Shown: positions 8,962 through 18,800, counted from the stretch's first letter. The stretch: DNA of 20,000 bases from an uncultured virus (IMG/VR IMGVR_UViG_3300035498_001541) (IMGVR_UViG_3300035498_001541); one strand, 5' to 3'. The notes: generated by a model not told the origin, from the sequence alone. Made by a program: numbers and translations.

Positions 8962-9627
8962 TCATCTAGGGCAAATCTGTTCGAGTAAACTTTCCCCCTC
9001 AACGAACTCATATGGGTTATAAAAATAAAATATGACATCTCTAAACACTATGTCAAGATCATAGCAGCAATCAAACAGCACATACTCGTCCCAAGTTTCA
9101 AAAGGAACCTTAATATTGCATACTCTAAGAACTTCAGCCCTTCGTCGAGCGCAGTGAACACTCTCCTTCAAAAACTCCGTGTTAAGCAACTCCTTTAAAT
9201 TATCCCGCCCAGCCTCCGAAAGTATCTCATTACGTATATACATATCATCAATAATATATTTCAACTTTGGACGTAATTCTTTCTGGTGGAAAGCTCTTCC
9301 AACAGCACCAACAGCTTTAGAATAGAAAGCGTCTTTGACAAAGCTACTTAAAGCCCAGTCATTATGAAGATTGATAAACTCACGTATACATACAGCATTA
9401 AATAAATCTGCGTCTTCCACTTCCGATGTTGCATAAAACGGGAAATCCTGATTACGCAGATAGTCAATCACTTCTTCCCTACTTATTGGGGCTTCTTTGT
9501 TAGGACGAAAAGAAATTGTACGTCTAACATCTTTTACATCACTAATTGTCCTTATTATTCCTTTGTGCTGCATTAGATATCCAACTACTTCCTGATGAAT
9601 CTTTGTAACATGATATGTCTTCCTCAT
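8962..9627 (-). CDS. Hypothetical protein, 221 aa, atypical codon usage
   Basis: ATG at 9627 follows GGAGGA. No recognised motif. At least six CGT Arg codons. Confidence 0.75.
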   Translation of the reverse strand: MRKTYHVTKIHQEVVGYLMQHKGIIRTISDVKDVRRTISFRPNKEAPISREEVIDYLRNQDFPFYATSEVEDADLFNAVCIREFINLHNDWALSSFVKDAFYSKAVGAVGRAFHQKELRPKLKYIIDDMYIRNEILSEAGRDNLKELLNTEFLKESVHCARRRAEVLRVCNIKVPFETWDEYVLFDCCYDLDIVFRDVIFYFYNPYEFVEGESLLEQICPR

Positions 9628-9665
9628 AAAATCCTCCAATCTGCATTGCACTAAGGCAATACCTC

Positions 9666-9696
9666 GTTGCTAAGTTTACTATTTATTTATAGCAAC
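9666..9696. promoter_or_regulatory. 7-bp inverted repeat GTTGCTA-N17-TAGCAAC, possible operator
   Basis: Lies in the AT-rich gap upstream of the orphan ORF and overlaps a TG-N-TATAAA extended -10-like element on the minus strand. Confidence 0.35.
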
Positions 9697-9788
9697 AATG
9701 AAAGTGTTTATGGGCTATCAACCATGCGTTATTTTGGAACAGATCTAAAAAGATTCAACTTTTTGGTTTTTTAAGTGAACTTCTATCA

Positions 9789-10235
9789 TCATGCAGACCT
9801 CCGCACAAAATAGTCCAGCAATAGTTCCTCCCAGTCATCAACACTATGAATCTCCCTACCGTCATCTAAACAAACTGCATCAAAATCCTCAAAGAAATGT
9901 AGAAAGTGACATACATAGACTGTACAATCGCGTTTCTTCCCTATCTCAGCTAAGTATTTTGTGCAATTATCACCATACTGAGAAGATTTCATCACACGAT
10001 CCATCTCCAGTGTAACAATCAATGCTTTTGCTCCACCAGAAATTTTAGTAATAGGTATTGCTCCTAAAATGGGGCTCATTGCAATTTCTGGACCAAGAAT
10101 CTCTGTGTTATCTACACCCTTCACCATTTCTTTTACAAACGGATCATCAAACCACTCATCTTCTCTATTAAAGTCAAAGAACGCATTGATACTATTAATC
10201 GATTTTTCCGGTTCTTTAAAAGTTACATACAACAT
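9789..10235 (-). CDS. DUF4869-family protein (paralogue 2, no downstream P-loop partner)
   Basis: ATG at 10235 follows GGAGGTG. Motifs ISGGAKALI, GDNC, TVYVCH. Confidence 0.8.
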   Translation of the reverse strand: MLYVTFKEPEKSINSINAFFDFNREDEWFDDPFVKEMVKGVDNTEILGPEIAMSPILGAIPITKISGGAKALIVTLEMDRVMKSSQYGDNCTKYLAEIGKKRDCTVYVCHFLHFFEDFDAVCLDDGREIHSVDDWEELLLDYFVRRSA

Positions 10236-10258
10236 ACAAACACCTCCAACTAAAAACA
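10233..10258 (-). repeat. Gene-junction repeat J3, copy a (TGT TTT TAG TTGGAGGTGTTTGT ATG)
   Basis: 25/26 identical to 11382-11407. Confidence 0.9.
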
Positions 10259-10660
10259 ATCCATTTCTCCTGAGAATCCTCTAAGCTCATGCTTCCTGCC
10301 ATTTGAAACCATCTCGACTTCCACAGTCTGTGTCAAGCCTCTAATACCAAACCTGCTAACAATCACGAAATAATTATCCGAACTATTTAGCAACTCTGCA
10401 CAATCATCCCTAAACAGAATTGGATTGCACTCATCCATAAAAAGAATCATACCTTTTGTAGCAAGATCCCTCTCCGACTCAACAACCTTTAAGTCCTTAT
10501 CAGCTAAGCAGTCAACAGCTTCTGGATTACTATTAGAGTCTCTAACTAAATCAATCAGTGTAGTCTTCCCTTTACCGGAATCACCTCTAATAATCAGAAA
10601 CTTCTGCCTAAACTCAAAGTCGTACTCAACAAAATTATTTCTCAAACTCACACGAGGCAT
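10250..10660 (-). CDS. Small P-loop protein, DUF4869 partner (paralogue 1)
   Basis: GDSGKGKT, ILFMDE, SDNYFVIVSR. TAATG overlap with the upstream gene. Ends in MDCF. Confidence 0.8.
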   Translation of the reverse strand: MPRVSLRNNFVEYDFEFRQKFLIIRGDSGKGKTTLIDLVRDSNSNPEAVDCLADKDLKVVESERDLATKGMILFMDECNPILFRDDCAELLNSSDNYFVIVSRFGIRGLTQTVEVEMVSNGRKHELRGFSGEMDCF

Positions 10661-11103
10661 TAGTCAAAATACCCCCTATCTTCTAAATAACAATCCATAA
10701 AATCCCCATCACTTTTGATTTCCTTACCTGTGTCAATACACACTCCATCAAAATCCTGATTAAATCTCATTGGGTGCTCATAGAAAAGCGTTACGTCTTT
10801 CATCTTGCTTATCTTAACAATCCAGTCTGAGCAGTTATCACCACAAGCAGTTCCCCAAATAATCTTATCAGTCTTTAACATCAAAATCAAAGCCTTTACA
10901 CCACCAGAAATTTTAGTGATTGGTATTGCACCTAAAACGGGACTTATCACTACACCACCATCAACCAACTCAGAACTATCTACATCCTTTATCATCTGTT
11001 TTACTAGTGGGTCTTTCAACCATTCTGTATCGTATCGATTGTTAAAGTAAACATCAACGTCCCTGTTAAAGTCCTTTGGCTCTCTAAAAGTTACATACAG
11101 CAT
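10660..11103 (-). CDS. DUF4869-family protein (paralogue 1)
   Basis: VKQMIKDVD, SPVLGAIP, ISGGVKALI, CGDNC, TLFYEH. Confidence 0.8.
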   Translation of the reverse strand: MLYVTFREPKDFNRDVDVYFNNRYDTEWLKDPLVKQMIKDVDSSELVDGGVVISPVLGAIPITKISGGVKALILMLKTDKIIWGTACGDNCSDWIVKISKMKDVTLFYEHPMRFNQDFDGVCIDTGKEIKSDGDFMDCYLEDRGYFD

Positions 11104-11114
11104 ACCCTATCTCC

Positions 11115-11384
11115 TTAGAATCCTATAATGCAGAAACCATTATCTAAATCCTGCTTGGTGCAGTCATCTGAAACATACTTAATGGTCACAGATGTTTCTC
11201 TCCCTGTGTACTCATCACCATCACACTCACGAAGCCTAACTGTATCTCCAACTCTATACCCACAATCGTTCTTCTGAATCTTAAACATTCTTTCTCCACC
11301 AAGAACTGCTTCAAAATATTCATGCAAGATTTTTAGCTCATGAACCATTACTGATTTACAGCTTCCTTTTCTTGCAACACTCAT
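11115..11384 (-). CDS. ASCH/PUA-like DUF3850-family protein
   Basis: HELKI..YFEAV..G...F....ND..Y.VGD...LRE......YTGR....I.YV pattern. Confidence 0.8.
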   Translation of the reverse strand: MSVARKGSCKSVMVHELKILHEYFEAVLGGERMFKIQKNDCGYRVGDTVRLRECDGDEYTGRETSVTIKYVSDDCTKQDLDNGFCIIGF

Positions 11385-11407
11385 ACAAACACCTCCAATT
11401 AAAAACA
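11382..11407 (-). repeat. Gene-junction repeat J3, copy b (TGT TTT TAA TTGGAGGTGTTTGT ATG)
   Basis: 25/26 identical to 10233-10258. A partial third copy (GGAGGTGTTTTGTATG) lies at 12752-12767. Confidence 0.9.
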
Positions 11408-12754
11408 GCTCATTGTACCCATCAGTCTCTTAAACACTTTAGCAAAAGTCCTAAAGTCTCTGGTCACGCTATCAATATCGGAATAGCAAACCTCTTTACT
11501 ATTTACGACCTCTGCCTTTTCCTTACCATTGTATATAACAAACCTACCATAAACATCATTATCTGGCATTGAGTCTTCAACAACATCACTTACTAAAGAT
11601 GCTCCATCAGGCAGCCTAGTCTGATCACTCAGCTTACACTCGAAAAGGCATGTTGCTCTACTCCGACCTTCATCAACTACAATAAAGTCCAATTCAAAAT
11701 CTCTGCCAGCTTTTCTACCTTTTGAATAATACAACTTCTCATCCTTAGTAATCACCTGCTTAAGGGCAACTACGCATGAGCACTCGAACAGATACCCCAT
11801 CATAGAATCCGGTAAATCATCCCTACCCCAAATCGCTCTTACAAGCTGATATGACATAGACTGGTTTACAACGTAAACTCGAAACTGATTTCTCACCCTG
11901 TAATTTGCCACTCTAATCACAATTCCTGCTTTCTCCATAACCTCAGAAATTGTACTAAAAGAATGCATGTCAATCACTACACTGCTATCGACACCAACCT
12001 CTTCTAAAAACTCTTCTTCGCTAACTCTGTCTAAGTTTCCTGCAGCACTCGGCACTGATTCAATCACAGAATCGCAAATCGCCTTATAAAAAATCGTGTA
12101 GACTACAGCCTTCACAATCTTCTCATCAATCTCATTGCCAACGTAGGCAGACACATTGTCAATAATAGCAGTCTTTACGTATTCTCTCAAACTGCTAAAA
12201 CTGTCAATCACATAATCCTCAAAAACACCGCCGGTTCTCAAAAACTCAAGGCAACTCTCTTTCGTCTTTTCCTTTCTAAAGAGTCGTCTGTATTCACTGT
12301 ATGAAAAATAATTAGTCTGCACTACAATCACACGATGTATCAGCCGACCATAGTTCAAATACTCAAGCACTATAGACTCTGTACCCGACACAATCACTCT
12401 TTTTCCATTCTCAACTAAAGTGTAAAGGTATGCATCTAAATTTTCCCGACCTCTAATCCATGGGTATTCATCAATAACAATGACATCTTCTGTTGCATCA
12501 CGAAGAACTTCCAGATAATCCTCATAGTCCTCTGTCTCTCCTGCTTGTGCAGTAAGGTACAACACACTTTCCGCAACCCCCTGTAGAATCCCAACAGTCT
12601 TCCCTGTTCCTCTCAATCCACTAACAACAAGAACTTTCATGCTCTTGCCGGCAACATACGTACTAATACTTTCTACGAAGTCACGTTTCTCCCAATCGCT
12701 CTCGACTAAACTACCTTTTAGTCTTCTAAATTCTTCTCCTCTAGCAACTAGCAT
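11399..12754 (-). CDS. AAA_14-type ATPase with C-terminal DUF4143/PD-(D/E)xK-like domain
   Basis: GLRGTGKT, VIVIDEY, VIVSGT, FSYSEY, FLRTGG; C-terminal ELDFIV...LFECK. ATG at 12754 follows GGAGGTG. Ends in MSCF. Confidence 0.8.
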   Translation of the reverse strand: MLVARGEEFRRLKGSLVESDWEKRDFVESISTYVAGKSMKVLVVSGLRGTGKTVGILQGVAESVLYLTAQAGETEDYEDYLEVLRDATEDVIVIDEYPWIRGRENLDAYLYTLVENGKRVIVSGTESIVLEYLNYGRLIHRVIVVQTNYFSYSEYRRLFRKEKTKESCLEFLRTGGVFEDYVIDSFSSLREYVKTAIIDNVSAYVGNEIDEKIVKAVVYTIFYKAICDSVIESVPSAAGNLDRVSEEEFLEEVGVDSSVVIDMHSFSTISEVMEKAGIVIRVANYRVRNQFRVYVVNQSMSYQLVRAIWGRDDLPDSMMGYLFECSCVVALKQVITKDEKLYYSKGRKAGRDFELDFIVVDEGRSRATCLFECKLSDQTRLPDGASLVSDVVEDSMPDNDVYGRFVIYNGKEKAEVVNSKEVCYSDIDSVTRDFRTFAKVFKRLMGTMSCF

Positions 12755-12773
12755 ACAAAACACCTCCGTCACC

Positions 12774-12802
12774 ATTCTAGCACATCAACTGTGCCATTAC
12801 AA
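12774..12802 (-). promoter_or_regulatory. SigA/sigma70-type promoter candidate for the accessory operon
   Basis: Minus strand TTGTAA-17 nt-TAGAAT with an extended -10 TG, directly after a terminator and just before the AAA gene RBS. Confidence 0.65.
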
Positions 12803-12803
12803 T

Positions 12804-12835
12804 AAAACAACATGGGGAGCTGTTAACTCCCCACG
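12804..12835 (-). terminator. Intrinsic terminator of the giant gene
   Basis: CGTGGGGAG-TTAACAG-CTCCCCATG followed by TTGTTTT, 6 nt after the stop codon. Confidence 0.8.
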
Positions 12836-12841
12836 CCTTAA

Positions 12842-15800
12842 TTAGTGCGTTCCAGCACTATCGTAATCATCAGAAGCTGACTTTCCTAAATCGTACATTA
12901 TAAAATCCCCTTGTTTAAACTCAAAGGTCTGTCCTTTAGAATCAGTCTTCTTGTCGACTCTCTGCTCCAAATTCCACATATTGCAGTTGCCACTCACATA
13001 CTGACTTGCGTCGTAAGCTAAATACTTCTTAACCTCTCCGCTCTCATCGTCAGCAGCATTACCAACACTAGAGTATGCTTCAATCTGGAAATTCACAATC
13101 AAGTATCCGTCATCCTCGCACCAGTAATCCTCAGTAAAGTCAACACCAGATTTCAAATCTTCTGTCAACTTGCTCTCGTCACTCGTCTTAATTGCGTGAA
13201 CCTCATCCGGCAAGTAAAACTCTCCATACCACTGCTGATGTGCTTTGGTCAGAGTTCCTGTTCCAACCTCACTGCTAGAGGGGGCTGTAACACTCGTACC
13301 ATCGTTCATTGTCAACAAAGGTACACTGTTTCTACTTCCGACGAAAATCCTGCTAAAGTTGCTCAGAGTAATATCTGAATACGTCCATGAGTTCACAACC
13401 TTGGTTGCAAAAGAGTCCGTATCCGTGTACCCACACAACTTAGCTGTTGTTGCAATTACACTTGGAAGAATACCGTATTCTTTATCACTGATACACGTCT
13501 GATGAATATTAAGATTATCTTCATCGCTACCGACTTTCACCAGTTTCTTAGTGGTTCCGTTAATCTGCTCTTTGTAATACAAATTAACATCTACAGCATC
13601 CTGCACCCCTTTTCCTTTCGGAACATACTGGAATGTAGGTGTTATCTTCACATAGTCGCTGGAGCTAGTCAAACTACCGATAGTGTTCACTAAATACCTA
13701 ATCTTGTAGCCCGTCTTCAGTGGTCCGTAAATCACTTCATCCGTACTACTATTGCCAAGCTCATCTCCGTACACAACTGGATACGTGTCATCGTCATCCG
13801 CTCTGTTCGTCCTCGTGCTTGAGCTATAGGTTCCACTGTTAATAGTGTACAGTGACCTATTGTATCCGGTAGTTCTAAACACTTTCTCTAAAGTTGGGTA
13901 ATCTGAAATATCAGTGATACTCAAATCAAACAACTTACCGGAAAGGTTCGTGTAAACTGTGCTAGTTGCTGCATAGTAGTCCCTAATGCAGTTAGCAGCT
14001 GCTGCTCTGTACTTCTCGTCATCCTTCGGAAGAAGAGTGCTACCTTCGCTACCAGTATTAAGCACATTCAAAGCCTGCACAGTTACATCTACATTATGTG
14101 TCCCTTCTTTTGCCCAATTAGCTACATAGAACACTGTGTTCTCGAGATCCGTCACACTAAACTCTTTGCCCTTCTTGTGGAATGTCATTGTACCGTCTTT
14201 CTTCTTCTCGTATACCGGGAAGTCACACCGTACTAAATACCCACAATTCTCTTTCACATATTTCTCTGTGTCGATACTTGCGTATACAGGGAAATATCCT
14301 GTGTAGCTGGCAGTCAGCTTAAATGCATCTCCTAAAGTCAAGTCAAGGATACCATCTGTCCCTTTCTCAACTTTCTGGAGATAATTATCTGAACCGACTT
14401 TCGTCATCTTCACACTGAGAGCCACCGGAGTGTGTAACGTAATCTTGTTTACATTATCTGTTGAAACGTCAAAACTATTAGCTGCAATACCATCGGCAGC
14501 CTTTGTATTGCTACCAACAGCTACAGTAGATTTGTACGTCATCTCTAATCTGCTATCTGGACTAGGCCCATCCATGGTGTCACCTGTGTTCAGCTTGTTA
14601 CGGCTGATTTTAATACCACTAGTCTGATACGTTCCATCAACACAAGATTCGGCTGACGGAATCTTAAAGGTTCCCAAGTCGTACCCATTCACAGTCACAT
14701 AATCACCCTGGTTAATCTTGCTCGGCATATACTGTGAAGTGCTTGCAACCGTAGCCATATCACCTGTCATCATAGTGTATGTTCTTGATGCTTTATCGTA
14801 CCTCTGCTCAATTGCAGTGGAGCTCTCGCTCTCCTCAATATCCGGGTCTTGTGCCCAACTTGGCAATGTGAATGTTACTGTATCACTCCTTGCCCAGAAA
14901 TTACTCGTAGTTGCAATACTATCCATCACTGCACTCAAAGCTGAAGCCATTGTTGAAGTATCAGCAGCGGGAACATTAAAGTACGTAACCTTGTCCTCGT
15001 CATTAAATGTCGCATCTGCCACATCAATATTAGGTGCAGCAATCACATTGTCTAAAGCACTGGTATCACCATCATCACCATACCAATGGCAACCTCCTGG
15101 GTCAACACCACTATTGTACGTCACAGTACTACCTACAATTGTCCCATCTTTGCAAGCCGACGCATTCTTACCTAGGCTTACGTAATACTCCTTACCATCA
15201 TAAGTTCGCGTATCCGCATCCTCCGTCGTCTTACCACTCGAGCTTGGGAATGCGTAGTTATACATCTTACCCGTATCGGAATCCCAAACCTTTAAGTAAT
15301 CCAACGTGTAGTATACCATTCTCACTGAAGGACTAAGTACAGTCTTGTGAACATTCAAACCTAAGGTCCTTCCGTCATCAGACGCGACTATCTTAGCCAA
15401 CTGTGCAACTGTCACATCATACCTTACATTCACCGTATGCTTTGTCACACTTCCCGCCGTCAAGTAAGACGTCGACCAAGCATCTAGACCTAGGAGATTC
15501 GCGACATACTGACCGCTGATTATCTGCCCATCCGGTAGCGTGATATTACCATCGCCTCCGCTATCGGCTGTGTCGTTTCCAACAATATTGGAATCCTCAC
15601 CTTTCACCTGTGGGTCTGCTGTTGCAGTAATCTTGCCCTGAAGTCCAAAGTCATCTCCATTCACAGAAGTTGTTGTCTTTCCGGATGGATTTGCTGTGGC
15701 AGTTGCCTTTGGAATATCATCCCAAGTGTAAGGCGTTGTTGTCACTTCCGGGTATGATGTTGTCTTAGTGGTAATCTGTGCGTAATAGTAATACGTGATT

Positions 15801-18800
15801 ACGACGCTGTCTTTGGTGCGGTTTTGACCTACATTTTTGACTGTTGTGTAGTAGTTGTCATTTACGATTTTGCAATTATCATCATTGGCGTCATTACATG
15901 TTTGTCCTGCGGCAAGCTTGCTTCTGTTTGCAACAGTCAAGTTTACACCATCACTGCCTAATACATCCCACCGATACCGACAGGTGAAATAGTTAATTCT
16001 ACTGTCAACAGCATTGGTTGTGCTATCGTACGGAGAGATATATTGTGCTCCAATATAATTATGTGTTACTATCTGATTTACAGCTATATTTGTAGAACTA
16101 TTGGTCTGGTCTGCTGTCAAACCTGCCGTATAGAGCTGTCCTGAGTTACCGGAAAGCCCGGAATTATAGTAACCTCTGTTGGCTTTTCTTCCACCAATGT
16201 TTGTAACACTTTCTGTATAACAAATCGCTTTTGCTCTGGACAACGGACTATCGTATGCAAGTACACCGGAAACATAATGGGCATCCCGCATATCACTAGA
16301 ACCGGTTGAACCCTTAGAATACTTCTCTGTGTTGTATTTGCCATTCTCCTCTGTGCCGCTTGTCCACTCCTCTGTTGTCAAACCGGCTAAAAGTACATAG
16401 TCTTCATTGTCGCTCAAACCTAACTTTGCGTTTGGAACCATCTTTGCCAAATCTGAGTAAACCTTGTACTCGAAAGTCTGTTTCTCTGTGGAGTTATCGA
16501 CATCCTCATCCTGATACGTGTAGTCAAGCCATTGTACATTATCGGTACTAACATCTTTTAATGCTGCTGTGCCGATACCAATTTTCAGATTGACAGTAAT
16601 ATGCGGCTCTGGCTCATCTACTTTGTAAATTGAAGTGGCGAGGGCAACTTTCTTAATCTTCGTAGTGGCAAATGTTGTTGTGTCCCCACTCTTGATTGTC
16701 CCACCATTGCTACTCGGAAGTTTCTTCTTCTTGTTCTGCTGTTTCTTTGTCCAAGAGTCTTTCTTCTCGTCAGAGTAGCCCTGCCAATTACTTGCTTTTG
16801 CATCCGCAACGTAGCTGTCTGTCTTTTTTACCTTCCACATATACTTGAGAAATTCGTCGCTCATTTCGCTTGTTTTCTCATAGCAAATTCTGTGATTTTG
16901 TACTTTTACAGTGTTGCCGTTGTCGTCTTTCTTAACATCACTAAAAGCATTGTCGTCGACGAAAGCCTTGTAGATTTTTTCGGCAGTAGTGCTTTCACTT
17001 ACATCACCTAACTGGAAGTACTCACCCATATTATTCTTCTCATCATTGACTTTATTACTCTTGTTGTCAACAGACTTGATACTATCTCCGTAAATTTTAT
17101 AAGCTAAAGTCTGGAAATCAACTGCATAGTACTGTACATACCAATTTGTATTGTCATTTGCGTGTGATGTTCCATCTAAATCTTTGAAACTCGTATCATC
17201 AGTATTGAACGTGATTGGATCACTATCGTCATCCTTAAGCACAACCTTAGAAAAACCACAATCCTCCAAAATCGTGAGGTTCTCATCACTGGTCATTTGC
17301 TTACTGTATTTTCTCGTTGTTGTACCATTTTTTGTCTCAGTAGCTACAATAGCTGCTTTAACAACTTCAACAGTAATATCACTTTTGGTAACATTATCGG
17401 TGTCATTTTTATATTTGTCACCTTTACCATTTTTATCATTATCATTAGTTGCGTTGTCTTGGTCAACAAGGTACTGTTTTACCTGGCTCTTCTGAATTAC
17501 ATACGCAGGAACTCTCGCAAAGTATGATTTCTTATCACGTGCCCTAAATACGTATGAACTGTCCGGCTGGCTTACTGTCAAACCTTTATTGCAATCCCCG
17601 CAACCACTATCTGTACCACCGTAATTCGTACTGCCACTTTTTGTACTACTTACCTGCACATGTCCTAACTTTCTTCCGCTGGTGTCTTTTTGATTCAGCT
17701 CATGCACATAGGAGTAACTGAACTCGCCATCTACCTTGTGCTGGAAGTACATCGCAGAAGTGTATATTGTCTTTGGCTGGTAATAGTTCAGAGTAACGTT
17801 TAATTTGGTCTTCACATAGTCATTGCTGGATGAATCCATCAGAGGCACTACCACCTTATGCTTTAGCAATAGGTCTGCACCACTATCACCCGTATTACTC
17901 TCAAACTGAATACCACGAGAATCATTATTGCCATTCCATACAGTAGCATCTCCCTCAAGCTTAGAAATACTTCCAGTACCGCTATTAGCATCGTTTCCAC
18001 TCGAATTATACAAATGGATAGACGTTTGCCCTGTAAACTTCGGGTTTCCTCCAGTAATCTCATACTGGACATCGTGTAGCGGGTATGCGTACTTACTCTT
18101 TTTCACATTTGTTTTGTTGAAGTCTTTAAGACGAGACTCGGCTACTGACCATGCTGTCTGCTTTTCTGAATTCAGAGTGTATACTAGTGTTCGCTTTGTG
18201 CTTGTTGTCGTGCTGACTATCTCATAGCCACCTGCACCTTCGTTTGCACTGTCGTTCCACTCCCAAACATTCTGTGTGATATTTACTACATCATCGGTGC
18301 TGCCGACTTCTTGGTAAATCAAGTAGATATCTTCATCTAAACCATGCTTCTTGTGGTAGAGACTTTCCATATATGCCACCGCCTTGGTGTAGGAAAGATT
18401 ACCACTACTATTTGCCTTTGCCTTTGCACCTTTCGCATCATTCGTCTTTGTCCTTGCTGTTCCGTCGGAATTCGTATTGCTTTCCGTCTCTAAAACTTTC
18501 CCTTTGTCATCCGTTGCCCTAAACAAACCAATGCTGTTTTCGTTAGCATTTGCAGCCGCAAATTTTCGAACCTGTGCCGCTTTCATTACATCTCCAGCAA
18601 AGGTATCTTTCTCTTTTCCAGTACCATTTGGTTTACTGTATTTTGTGATTGTCTCGCTTTTGGGATTTAACACAATCTGCGGACTGGAATCGTAGTCATT
18701 CAGTACATAGAAGTGCTCCTCCTTATCCCCTGCTACAACCTTGATTCCTTTAAGATAATACCCCTTGCCAGTGATAGCATCTGGACTCAATTTGTCCAGT

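Noticed and set aside
1575..11120. Shorter junction similarities (AGTGAGGT..GCTATG at 1587/4407; AAGGAGATAG at 4630/11103)
   Set aside because: Too short and mostly explained by the Shine-Dalgarno consensus.
834..12775. Longer upstream starts given in the ORF track (834, 1629, 2359, 2880, 4172, 4455, 4651, 9651, 10259, 12775)
   Set aside because: Downstream ATGs have well-spaced RBSs, reduce overlaps and match the paralogue N-termini.
4171..12835. Palindromic repeats of about 30 nt as a CRISPR array or integron attC sites
   Set aside because: Copies are kilobases apart with no spacer periodicity, no cas or integrase gene, and no attC RYYYAAC/GTTRRRY core.
15700..18700. Apparent codon or composition shift in the middle of the giant gene
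   Set aside because: Spot checks of AAA/AAG usage were inconsistent; a computed sliding-window analysis is needed.
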